Below are positions 56,610 through 64,000 of a stretch of DNA of 64,000 bases, one piece after another. The DNA comes from an uncultured delta proteobacterium. Lineage in GTDB: Bacteria > Desulfobacterota > Binatia > Binatales > Binataceae. The notes beneath the pieces were generated by a model. The model saw nothing but the letters and a program-made list of their open reading frames with translations. It did not search any database and was not told the origin of the DNA. The translations under genes were made by a program, and so were the position numbers. The stretch lies in NCBI GenBank assembly GCA_963808235.1, contig CAWEEQ010000004.1, forward strand, positions 2,296,243 to 2,360,242. Reading direction: 5' to 3'. The first letter of the stretch is position 1. The number at the start of each line of letters is the position of its first letter.

Positions 56610-57368
56610 TCAGATCACGTAGCCGCCGTTGGGGCTGATTACCTGGCCGACCATGAATTTCGAATCCTCGCAGGCGAGGAACAGCGCGGCGGCGGCGATG
56701 TCACTTGGCTCTCCGAAGCGGCCAATCGGCGTGATCGCTTCTATCTGCTGGCGCATCTCGCCTTCGATGAACGAGGTCATCGGCGTGTCGATGAAGCCGG
56801 GCGCGATGCAATTGACGAGGATTCCCATCGCCACCACTTCGCGCGCGACTGACTTCGTAAACGAGATGATCCCGCCCTTCGCCGCGCAGTAGTCCGACGC
56901 GAACGCGAGCCCGGTCGTGCCTGCGATCGAACCGAGGTTAATGATGCGGCCTGACAGTTTCGGGATCATCACCTTGAGCGCCTCGCGGGTGCAGAAGAAC
57001 GTCGAGTCGAGATGCGTCGCGAGCATCTTGTGCCAATCCTCGTCGGTCTTTTCGTGAGTGGGGATGACCTCGCTCGACTCGCGAATCCGTCCAACGCCCG
57101 CATTGTTAATGAGTATGTCGATAGTGCCAAACGCCGCGATGAAGTCGGTGAACATTTTCTTGACGGCCGCGCTGCTCGAGACGTCGGCGACGAAAGGCCG
57201 CGCCTTGCCGCCGGCGCGCTCGATCTCCGTCGCGACGTTTTGCGCGGATTCGGGCTTGATGTCGTTGACGCCGACCTTTGCACCCTCGCGCGCGAAGGTC
57301 AGTCCCATCTCGCGGCCTAGACCTGATCCTCCGCCGGTGATCAGCACGACTTTGTCTTTCAGCTTCAT
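56610..57368 (-). CDS. SDR-family oxidoreductase (FabG-like)
   Basis: TGGGSGLG Rossmann motif, NNAG and YxxxK. Confidence 0.9.
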   Translation of the reverse strand: MKLKDKVVLITGGGSGLGREMGLTFAREGAKVGVNDIKPESAQNVATEIERAGGKARPFVADVSSSAAVKKMFTDFIAAFGTIDILINNAGVGRIRESSEVIPTHEKTDEDWHKMLATHLDSTFFCTREALKVMIPKLSGRIINLGSIAGTTGLAFASDYCAAKGGIISFTKSVAREVVAMGILVNCIAPGFIDTPMTSFIEGEMRQQIEAITPIGRFGEPSDIAAAALFLACEDSKFMVGQVISPNGGYVI

Positions 57369-57419
57369 CGCGACCCTCTCTCCACTTCATGTTCCCCTTC
57401 CCTCAAGGGAAGGGTTTGG

Positions 57420-57758
57420 CTATTTCTTGCCTTCCTTGAGTTGGCGTTTCCAATCGAGCCGGCGCGCTTCGGCGCCAGCAGCCTCGGCTTCCTGAATCAT
57501 GCCCTTCTTCTGGTAGAACATGCTGAGGTTGGTAAACGCCAAAATGTCTTCGGGCGCCTGCTCGATAAACTTTTTCGTCAGCTCGATAGCCGAATCGAGA
57601 TCGCCCTTGGCCTGATAGCACATGGTCATCCCATGGAGGGCGTCGACAAACTTGGGATCGATCTCGAGCGCCTGCTTGTATAGCGCGATCGCTTCGTCGA
57701 ATTTATCGTCGGCGTACGCGTCGATCGCTTCGTCGTAAAGCTCTTCCTTGTCGGCCAT
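57420..57758 (-). CDS. TPR-repeat protein
   Basis: Three TPR-like units (AIALYKQALEIDPKF...). Confidence 0.55.
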   Translation of the reverse strand: MADKEELYDEAIDAYADDKFDEAIALYKQALEIDPKFVDALHGMTMCYQAKGDLDSAIELTKKFIEQAPEDILAFTNLSMFYQKKGMIQEAEAAGAEARRLDWKRQLKEGKK

Positions 57759-57835
57759 CGTGAAACCTCCGCTGATGCAGGAGGGACGCACGGATACCGC
57801 GCGCCGCCACCCTCTTATATACTAGCTAGTGTCTT

Positions 57836-58153
57836 ATGGAGAATTCACCCGCACTCACTGAAGCCGAAGTCTACGAAGTGCTGCGCGAGTGCTACGACCC
57901 CGAAATACCGGTAAACCTCGTCGACCTTGGATTGATTTACGGCGTTGAGATCGAGAACCGCGTAGTCAACGTCACGATGACGCTGACGGCGCCCGGCTGC
58001 CAGATGGGCATGATGATCACGCAGGAGATCCAGGACAAGCTGCTCGGGATTCCCGGATGCGACGACGCCCTGGTGGAGATTGTGTGGGATCCGCCGTGGA
58101 CGCCGCACATGATGACCGAGGCAGCGAAAAAGCAACTAAAGATCGACGACTGA
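57836..58153 (+). CDS. DUF59/MIP18-family Fe-S assembly protein (SufT-like), second paralog
   Basis: CYDPEIPVNLVDLGLIYG...MTLTAPGCQMG...VWDPPWTP. It lacks the N-terminal extension seen in the 9016-9552 copy. Confidence 0.75.
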   Translation: MENSPALTEAEVYEVLRECYDPEIPVNLVDLGLIYGVEIENRVVNVTMTLTAPGCQMGMMITQEIQDKLLGIPGCDDALVEIVWDPPWTPHMMTEAAKKQLKIDD

Positions 58154-58156
58154 CGA

Positions 58157-58396
58157 CTAGTGTTCGGGAACGATTCGCAGATCAGCACTAACCGGTATTT
58201 CAAACAGATCGCCGCGTAAGAGGCGCGTTGAGAAGAACAAAACCTCGACGTTTTCGACTTCACCCGATTCAGGATTGAGCCGCACCACGACTTCGTCGGG
58301 CAGTTCTTCTGACTTTTGCGCCGGATACGGATCGCGTTTGTTGATGTACAAAATGTCGGCATCGCGGTCATATTTGAAACTTAACTTTGCTTCCAT
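58157..58396 (-). CDS. DUF2283 family protein
   Basis: MEAKLSFKYDRDADILYI...VVRLNPESGEVENVEV. Confidence 0.5.
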   Translation of the reverse strand: MEAKLSFKYDRDADILYINKRDPYPAQKSEELPDEVVVRLNPESGEVENVEVLFFSTRLLRGDLFEIPVSADLRIVPEH

Positions 58397-58466
58397 TCGA
58401 CATCTCCTGCCGCGATACTGCGCGCGATGTACGGACACGCGAACTTCTTCAAGTTGCCGCTCCCCT

Positions 58467-60080
58467 TCAGTCAGGATCGATCAGCACCCCCGGATTCAGA
58501 ATCGAGCGCGGATCGAGAGCCTTTTTTGCGGCCTTGAGCGCGAGTGCGAAGCCGTCGGGACGCTGGCGATCGTACCACGGCCGATGATAGCGGCCGACGG
58601 CGTGATGATGCGTGATCGTGCCGCCCAACTTGATCAGCTTGTCCGATACCGCGGATTTGATTTCATTCCACTGCTCGATTTCGGAGCCGCGTCTTCCCGG
58701 CGCAAGCACCGTGTAGTACGGCGCGGGACCGTCGGGGTAGACGTGCGTGAATCGGCACGTCACCGAACCCTTGCCGCACACGCGCGCGATCGCGTCGCGC
58801 GCGCATTCCATCATCTGACGATGAAAGTCCGGAAACCGCTCCCACGTGATCGAAGTCTCGAAAGTATCGCTGACCATTCCGAGCGCGGCGACGGTATCCA
58901 TCAGGTACGGCGCGTTCAGGAACGCGTTGCGCCATGCTCCCGCCGAGCCTTCGTGAGTTGCGTCGGCGTCGGTGCGAGTCTTTGCCGCGTCGGCGGGAAC
59001 TTTGCCGCCGTGATCGGCGCAGCACTCGAGCGCGCGCTTCATCCATGGTTCCAGTGGATGATCTGCGGACTCGAACGCGAGCACCAGCACGGCTTCCTCG
59101 CCATTGCCGGCGCCGGAGTTGAACGCCTCGCCTTCATCCAGGACGCGGCAATTCGCGGGATAGATTCCGGCCTGTGAGATCTGGCGAACTGCTTCGGCCG
59201 CTTTGAAGATGTCGGGAAACGGTACCGACGCGCCGGCGCGAAAGGTGGGCCGATCCTGCAGGCGCATCCACGCTTCAGTAATAACGCCGAGGATTCCTTC
59301 CGAGCCGATGAACATCCGATCGGGACTCGGGCCCGCGCCGGAACCGGGTAATCGGCGCGACTCGACGATTCCAGTTGGAGTGACGACGCGAAGCGACTCG
59401 ACGAAATCGTCGATGTGCGTATAGAGCGTCGCGAAGTGACCGCCCGAGCGAGTCGCGATCCATCCGCCGAGCGTCGAGAACTCGAACGACTGCGGGAAAT
59501 GCCGAATCGTCAGTCCGTGCGACTTGAGCTGCGCGTCGAGCGCGGGGCCGTAAACTCCCGCCTGGATTCGCGCGGCGCGCGAGACATTGTCGACTTCGAG
59601 GACTTTGTCCAGATGCATCAGATCGATCGAGACCGCGCCGCGATAGCGATCGTCGTTGGGCGGCTCAACTCCACCGACGACGCTCGATCCGCCGCCGTAA
59701 GGAACCGCCGCCAGCCGCGCACCGTCGCACCATTCGAGCAGCCGGAGCAGATCGTGCTCATCGCGCGGATACGCAACCAGGTCGATTGGATTTGGGTAGT
59801 CGCGCCGGAACGCGCGCCGGATATCGCCGGAACTCTTGCCGTAGGTGTGCCCCGCGCGCTCGTGGATGCTGGTCGAGCAAAGCGCTTCGAGTGCGGGCGG
59901 TGGCTTGATACGCGGCGCGCGGAGATTTAGTTCGCTCTCTTTTGGTGGCGGTATGAGTTCGAGCGGGCCAAGGCCGAATCGCTTGGCCATCCGCTCGGCC
60001 ATATGCTTTTGCTGCTCGAGATTCGGCCCCTGATCTTCGTAACCCCATCCCCAAAACTTTCGCTTGCGATTCTCCGCCAT
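58467..60080 (-). CDS. FAD-linked oxidase, alkyldihydroxyacetonephosphate synthase (ADPS)-like
   Basis: N-terminal FWGWGYED box, FAD-binding PCMH domain, and a C-terminal LDPRSILNPGVLID tail. Confidence 0.7.
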   Translation of the reverse strand: MAENRKRKFWGWGYEDQGPNLEQQKHMAERMAKRFGLGPLELIPPPKESELNLRAPRIKPPPALEALCSTSIHERAGHTYGKSSGDIRRAFRRDYPNPIDLVAYPRDEHDLLRLLEWCDGARLAAVPYGGGSSVVGGVEPPNDDRYRGAVSIDLMHLDKVLEVDNVSRAARIQAGVYGPALDAQLKSHGLTIRHFPQSFEFSTLGGWIATRSGGHFATLYTHIDDFVESLRVVTPTGIVESRRLPGSGAGPSPDRMFIGSEGILGVITEAWMRLQDRPTFRAGASVPFPDIFKAAEAVRQISQAGIYPANCRVLDEGEAFNSGAGNGEEAVLVLAFESADHPLEPWMKRALECCADHGGKVPADAAKTRTDADATHEGSAGAWRNAFLNAPYLMDTVAALGMVSDTFETSITWERFPDFHRQMMECARDAIARVCGKGSVTCRFTHVYPDGPAPYYTVLAPGRRGSEIEQWNEIKSAVSDKLIKLGGTITHHHAVGRYHRPWYDRQRPDGFALALKAAKKALDPRSILNPGVLIDPD

Positions 60081-60191
60081 AGAAATGTTCCTCGCATTTG
60101 CCGACTGCGCGATTTTGCGCTTGACGCAGCTTAGAGGGCAAACGCGAATTGAAGCTTGCGCAGATCCGGGTGAGGTCGTATCAATCAAGTC

Positions 60192-61085
60192 ATGAGCGAC
60201 AAAGAAATATCGGCACAAATCTCAGCGGCAGACCCGCATCCGCGGAAGAAACTCGAACTGCTCAACACCTGGATGTCATACGCGGACACCGGAAGCGGCG
60301 ACCCGGTAGTCTTTCTGCATGGCAATCCGACCTCGTCGTATCTCTGGCGCAATATCATTCCGCACGTCGCGCCGCTCGCGCGATGCATCGCGCCGGACCT
60401 GATCGGGATGGGCGCGTCAGGGAAGTCGGCGACGGGGACGTATCGCTTCGTCGATCACGCGCGGCATCTCGACGCGTTCTTCGAGGGCCTGAATCTCAAG
60501 AGCAAGGTCACTCTGGTCGTGCATGATTGGGGCTCGGCGCTCGGCTTTTATTGGGCATCGCGGCATCGCGAGGTCGTGAAGGGAATCGCGTACATGGAGG
60601 CGATCGTGCGGCCGCTGAAATGGTCGGAATGGCCGGCGGCCGCGACCGATGTTTTCAAAGCGATGCGCAGTCCGGCCGGCGACGACATGATCCTGAACCA
60701 AAACCTCTTCGTGGAGGTGATTTTGCCCCGCAGTGTCATTCGGAAACTGAGCGACGCCGAAATGAAAGAGTATCGCAAACCGTATGTGCAGGCCGGCGAG
60801 TCACGCCGTCCGATGCTCACCTGGCCGCGCGAGATTCCGATCGACGGCGAGCCCAAGGACGTAACCGAGATCGCGAAGGGCTACTCGGAGTGGCTAGCGA
60901 AGAGTCCGATGCCGAAGCTGTTCATCAACGCCGAGCCCGGCGTTATCTTGACGGGTCCGCAGCGCGAGTTCTGCCGCACGTTTCCGAATCAGCACGAGGT
61001 GACCGTCAAGGGCATGCACTTCATCCAGGAAGATTCGCCGCACGAGATCGGCGCAGCGATCGCCGACTGGTATCGCTCGATCTGA
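60192..61085 (+). CDS. Haloalkane dehalogenase (alpha/beta hydrolase, HLD-II)
   Basis: FLHGNPTSSYLWRNIIPH signature. Nucleophile elbow VVHDWGSALG. Confidence 0.85.
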   Translation: MSDKEISAQISAADPHPRKKLELLNTWMSYADTGSGDPVVFLHGNPTSSYLWRNIIPHVAPLARCIAPDLIGMGASGKSATGTYRFVDHARHLDAFFEGLNLKSKVTLVVHDWGSALGFYWASRHREVVKGIAYMEAIVRPLKWSEWPAAATDVFKAMRSPAGDDMILNQNLFVEVILPRSVIRKLSDAEMKEYRKPYVQAGESRRPMLTWPREIPIDGEPKDVTEIAKGYSEWLAKSPMPKLFINAEPGVILTGPQREFCRTFPNQHEVTVKGMHFIQEDSPHEIGAAIADWYRSI

Positions 61086-61270
61086 AGCTGATCAGCCAGG
61101 ACATGTTCGCCGTTCTCGATACGATCGGCGATCACTCGAAGCGCCAGCGCTTCGACAGCGGCGACCGCGCGAGCACGCGTCTTGCCGTACGCCATCACTC
61201 CGGGCAGATCGGTTACGTCGGCAATCCAGCGGCCGTCTACCTCGCGTTCGATTTCTAGCGTGAGCTTCAT
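60989..61270 (-). CDS. HicB-like (UPF0150) antitoxin-family protein, orphan
   Basis: MKLTLEIEREVDGRWIADVTDLPGVMAYGKTRARAVAAVEALALRVI. No HicA partner is visible. The 3' end overlaps the convergent dehalogenase gene. Confidence 0.5.
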   Translation of the reverse strand: MKLTLEIEREVDGRWIADVTDLPGVMAYGKTRARAVAAVEALALRVIADRIENGEHVLADQLQIERYQSAIAAPISCGESSWMKCMPLTVTSC

Positions 61271-61278
61271 GCGTCAAC

Positions 61279-62787
61279 TCAGCCCTGCCGGCGGTTGCGG
61301 AGCGCTGGGCGCGATGGCTTCGGCATGTGGATGTACAGCTTGTCGGCGGCCGGACGTCCGTCGGTGTGCATCGAGGGCGGGCGCATCGCGTACTTCACTT
61401 CTTTGGAATGCTCCGCGAACTGACGCTCGGGGTTGTACACGCTGTTGAACTTCCAGAGCATCTTGATGAAGTTCGTCTGCCCCTTGAGCGCGAGCCGGCC
61501 GGCAATCGACGCGACCGATTTCAGCGCGGCAAAGCCAAGATGCTTGCGATTGAGCACGTCCTGCGTCTTCACCAGCTCCTGGTAGAACTGGAGCAGCGGC
61601 AGCTTGGTCGGCAACACCGCGTGCTGGATGTCGAACAGGCGATAGTCGAGGGTCGTGAGCTTGCGCGATTCGGTGAACCACAACTCAGTGCCGGGATACG
61701 GTGTCGCGACCGTCAGGTGCACGATTTCCGGGATGCTCATCGCCCATTCGCGGATGACCTGGAAGCGGCGCTCATCCCATGACGGGTCCGCGATCAGGTT
61801 GATCGCGACGGTCAGCCCGATCTCGCGCGCGACTTCGAGCGCCTTGAAGTTGACGCCCATCGAGGAGCGCTTGCGATGCAGCTTCAGGCCTTCCTCGTCG
61901 ATCGCCTCGAGACCGAGGAACATGTATTCCATGCCGAGCGAGCGCCAGTACTTGAAGACTTCCGGGTTGCGGCATAGAACGTCGGCGCGGGTCTCGAGGT
62001 AATACTGTTTTTTGATTTTGCGCTTTTCGATTTCGTGGCCGATCGCGAAGCCATGCTCGGGATGGATGAACGCTACGTCGTCGACGATGAAGACGTTGGG
62101 CTCCTTGATCGAGAGCATATCTTCGGCGGCGGCTTCCGGAGTGGATTTGCGGTAGCTGCGGCCGTAGAAGGTCCAAGCGCTGCAGAAGGAGCAATCCCAC
62201 GGACATCCGCGGGTGAACTCGATCGACGCACACGGATCGAGCACGCCGATGAAGTACTTGTTGCGCTGCCGTCCGAGATCGCGCGCCGGGAAAAACTGGT
62301 CGAGGTCGTCGAGCATCACCGGCGTCGGTCCGGTGCCTCGCGTGGTCACGACGCCGGGGACTTTGCCGATTGCGCCGCCGTCGCCAATCGCGTCGAGCAG
62401 CATCGGGGTCGCGGTCTCGCCCTCGCCACGAATGATCGCGTCGATGTTTCCTCGCGCATGCTCCAGGATCTCGTCCGCAACGAACGAACCGCTATGGCCG
62501 CCGGTGAATACGAAGCAGTCCTTGAGAAGGCGCTTCACGTCGACGGCGAGGTCGATCACTTCGGGAACATTGGCGAGATAGTTGAGCGAGAAGCCGACCG
62601 CATTCGGACGAAAACTCTCAAGTTCCGCGTACAGGTCGCGGTGCTTGAAGATCTGCAGGTCGAGTATCCTGACGTCGTGGCCGGCAGCGCGCACCGCGGC
62701 GGCGACCCGTTCCATCCCGAGCGGTTCCAGGCGCAGGTAGATCTCGCTGTACATGAGCGGACTCGGGTGCACGAATAGGACCCGCAT
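61279..62787 (-). CDS. B12-binding-domain radical SAM protein (class B, HpnP/HpnR-like methylase?)
   Basis: N-terminal cobalamin-binding-like region (MRVLFVHPSP...). CX3CX2C in IEFTRGCPWDCSFCSAW. Start set at the ATG at 62787. Confidence 0.8.
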   Translation of the reverse strand: MRVLFVHPSPLMYSEIYLRLEPLGMERVAAAVRAAGHDVRILDLQIFKHRDLYAELESFRPNAVGFSLNYLANVPEVIDLAVDVKRLLKDCFVFTGGHSGSFVADEILEHARGNIDAIIRGEGETATPMLLDAIGDGGAIGKVPGVVTTRGTGPTPVMLDDLDQFFPARDLGRQRNKYFIGVLDPCASIEFTRGCPWDCSFCSAWTFYGRSYRKSTPEAAAEDMLSIKEPNVFIVDDVAFIHPEHGFAIGHEIEKRKIKKQYYLETRADVLCRNPEVFKYWRSLGMEYMFLGLEAIDEEGLKLHRKRSSMGVNFKALEVAREIGLTVAINLIADPSWDERRFQVIREWAMSIPEIVHLTVATPYPGTELWFTESRKLTTLDYRLFDIQHAVLPTKLPLLQFYQELVKTQDVLNRKHLGFAALKSVASIAGRLALKGQTNFIKMLWKFNSVYNPERQFAEHSKEVKYAMRPPSMHTDGRPAADKLYIHMPKPSRPALRNRRQG

Positions 62788-62857
62788 ATAAGTACCTCTG
62801 GCGGAGCGCATCTACGCTTTGCGTCAGCTCCGCGATTCGCTAGTCGTCGATCCCTAG

Positions 62858-62879
62858 TCGCGATTTTATCGCGATTTTA
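62858..62879. promoter_or_regulatory. Tandem direct repeat TCGCGATTTTA x2 in promoter region of the B12-radical-SAM gene
   Basis: Seen in the sequence, about 70-90 nt upstream of the rSAM start. A CTAGTCG x2 motif is adjacent. Confidence 0.3.
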
Positions 62880-63258
62880 CCCGCCTGACCAATCGGCCAG
62901 TCCGGGTCCGGGGCCATCCTAGTACACTGGCGAAGGTTAATGAAATAGCCGTGCGAGCCTCTGATAAGTTAGCTGTGCTAATATTTCGGGCGTGGAAGTC
63001 ATGGTGCCGCCTGAGGTTCCAAAAAAGAGAAGGTTTGTATTCGTGACGGTCGTGTTCGCGGCGGTGCTGATCGATGCGATTCTGCTGGCCCATGTCCACG
63101 CGCAATATGTTCATGACCACGGCTACGACGTTCGTCCGCGGCATCGCGCGGTCGCCAAGCCTGCACCTCCTTGACAGATCGTTCGATCGAATCAGAACAT
63201 CAATTGACCTGTAGCGGCCGCTCAGGCGAAAAAATCGACTAACCGATTTGGAGAAGTG

Positions 63259-64000
63259 ATGCATTATTCGAAACTCGGCAAAACCGGAATGACCGTCTCG
63301 CGCATCTGTCTCGGGTGCATGAGCTACGGGGACAAGAAATGGCGCGATTGGGTGCTCACGATGGATGAGGCGCGCGAGCATTTCGCGACCGCGCTCGAAT
63401 CGGGAATCAACTTCTTCGACACCGCGAACGTGTACTCGGTCGGGGTGAGCGAGGAGGTCACCGGGCGATGGCTCGGCGAGATGGCGAAGCGCGACGAGTT
63501 CGTGGTCGCGACCAAAGTGTACGGGCCGATGGCGTCGGGGCAGAATCGCGGCGGGCTTAGCCGCAAGAGCATTCTAGAAGCGTGCGAAGCGTCGCTGCGA
63601 AGGCTCAAGATGGATTTCATCGACCTGTATCAAATCCATCGATGGGACTACACGACGCCGATCGAGGAGACACTCGAAGCACTCGACTCGCTGGTGCGCG
63701 CGGGCAAGGTGCGTTACCTCGGCGCGAGCTCGATGGCGGCGTGGCAGTTCGCCAAGGCGCTCAGCATCCAGAAGGAAAACGGATGGCATCGGTTTGTCTC
63801 GATGCAAAACCACTACAACCTGGTGTATCGCGAAGAAGAGCGCGAGATGAATCCGCTTTGCATCGACAACGGAGTCGGACTGATTCCATGGAGTCCGCTG
63901 GCGCGCGGATTCCTTGCGGGCAATCGCGACAAGGGCGGTAGCGGCCCGACCGCGCGCGCGAAGACCGACGACTTTGCCAAGAACATGTACTTCCGCGAGT
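63259..64000 (+). CDS. Aldo/keto reductase (YajO/Tas-like), 3' end beyond window
   Basis: RBS GGAGAAG upstream. MHYSKLGKTGMTVSRICLGCMSYG...FFDTANVY...YLGASS. No stop codon before the window end. Confidence 0.85.
   Translation, partial: MHYSKLGKTGMTVSRICLGCMSYGDKKWRDWVLTMDEAREHFATALESGINFFDTANVYSVGVSEEVTGRWLGEMAKRDEFVVATKVYGPMASGQNRGGLSRKSILEACEASLRRLKMDFIDLYQIHRWDYTTPIEETLEALDSLVRAGKVRYLGASSMAAWQFAKALSIQKENGWHRFVSMQNHYNLVYREEEREMNPLCIDNGVGLIPWSPLARGFLAGNRDKGGSGPTARAKTDDFAKNMYFRE

Noticed and set aside
61271-61300. HicA toxin partner for the HicB-like gene
   Set aside because: There is no room and no small ORF between the HicB-like start (61270) and the radical SAM stop (61279). HicB-like is called orphan.
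1-64000. rRNA, tRNA, CRISPR arrays, transposases, integrases, prophage genes
   Set aside because: I looked for cloverleaf-like GC-rich 75-nt segments, direct repeats with spacers, DDE/tyrosine recombinase motifs and phage structural genes. None was found.

Overview
This is a 64-kb high-GC bacterial chromosomal window with no rRNA, tRNA, CRISPR array, transposase or integrase detected. Mla, BamD-like, TolB-like and Tat-Rieske genes point to a Gram-negative-type envelope.

The gene content has three parts:
- Conserved core: partial mlaC and mlaDFE, then rplU-rpmA / obgE-proB-proA-nadD-rsfS, efp and trmB.
- Accessory metabolism: three crotonases, an acyl-CoA ligase, an amidohydrolase, a sulfatase, malQ, SDR/MDR/AKR reductases, a haloalkane dehalogenase, an ADPS-like FAD oxidase, two radical-SAM enzymes, and F420/flavin-linked genes (CofC-like, LLM oxidoreductase, dodecin, PNPOx-fusion).
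- Toxin-antitoxin modules: HigBA, VapBC and an orphan HicB-like gene.

The main hunt results:
- Two unannotated desulforedoxin-like mini-ORFs (39 and 47 aa).
- A translationally coupled operon of an unknown 116-aa protein and a NirB-like FAD/NAD(P)-BFD[2Fe-2S]-PNPOx fusion (699 aa).
- The rplU-rpmA-obg cluster is split by an F420-type LLM oxidoreductase plus higBA.
- A four-gene homoprotocatechuate-like aromatic operon (ALDH, LigB dioxygenase, DapA-like, HpaB) carries five frameshifts in 3 kb. The ALDH has a compensating +1/-1 pair.
- A radical-SAM SPL-family protein has a non-canonical CX7CX2C motif and a frameshift at a C5 homopolymer.
- A BamD-like lipoprotein has a repeat-bearing C-terminal extension.
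- An AT-rich regulatory island carries a perfect 10-bp palindrome.

Seven frameshifts in total suggest either indel-prone assembly or real gene decay, so read depth should be checked. All functional calls rest on motif recognition by eye. No database search was run.
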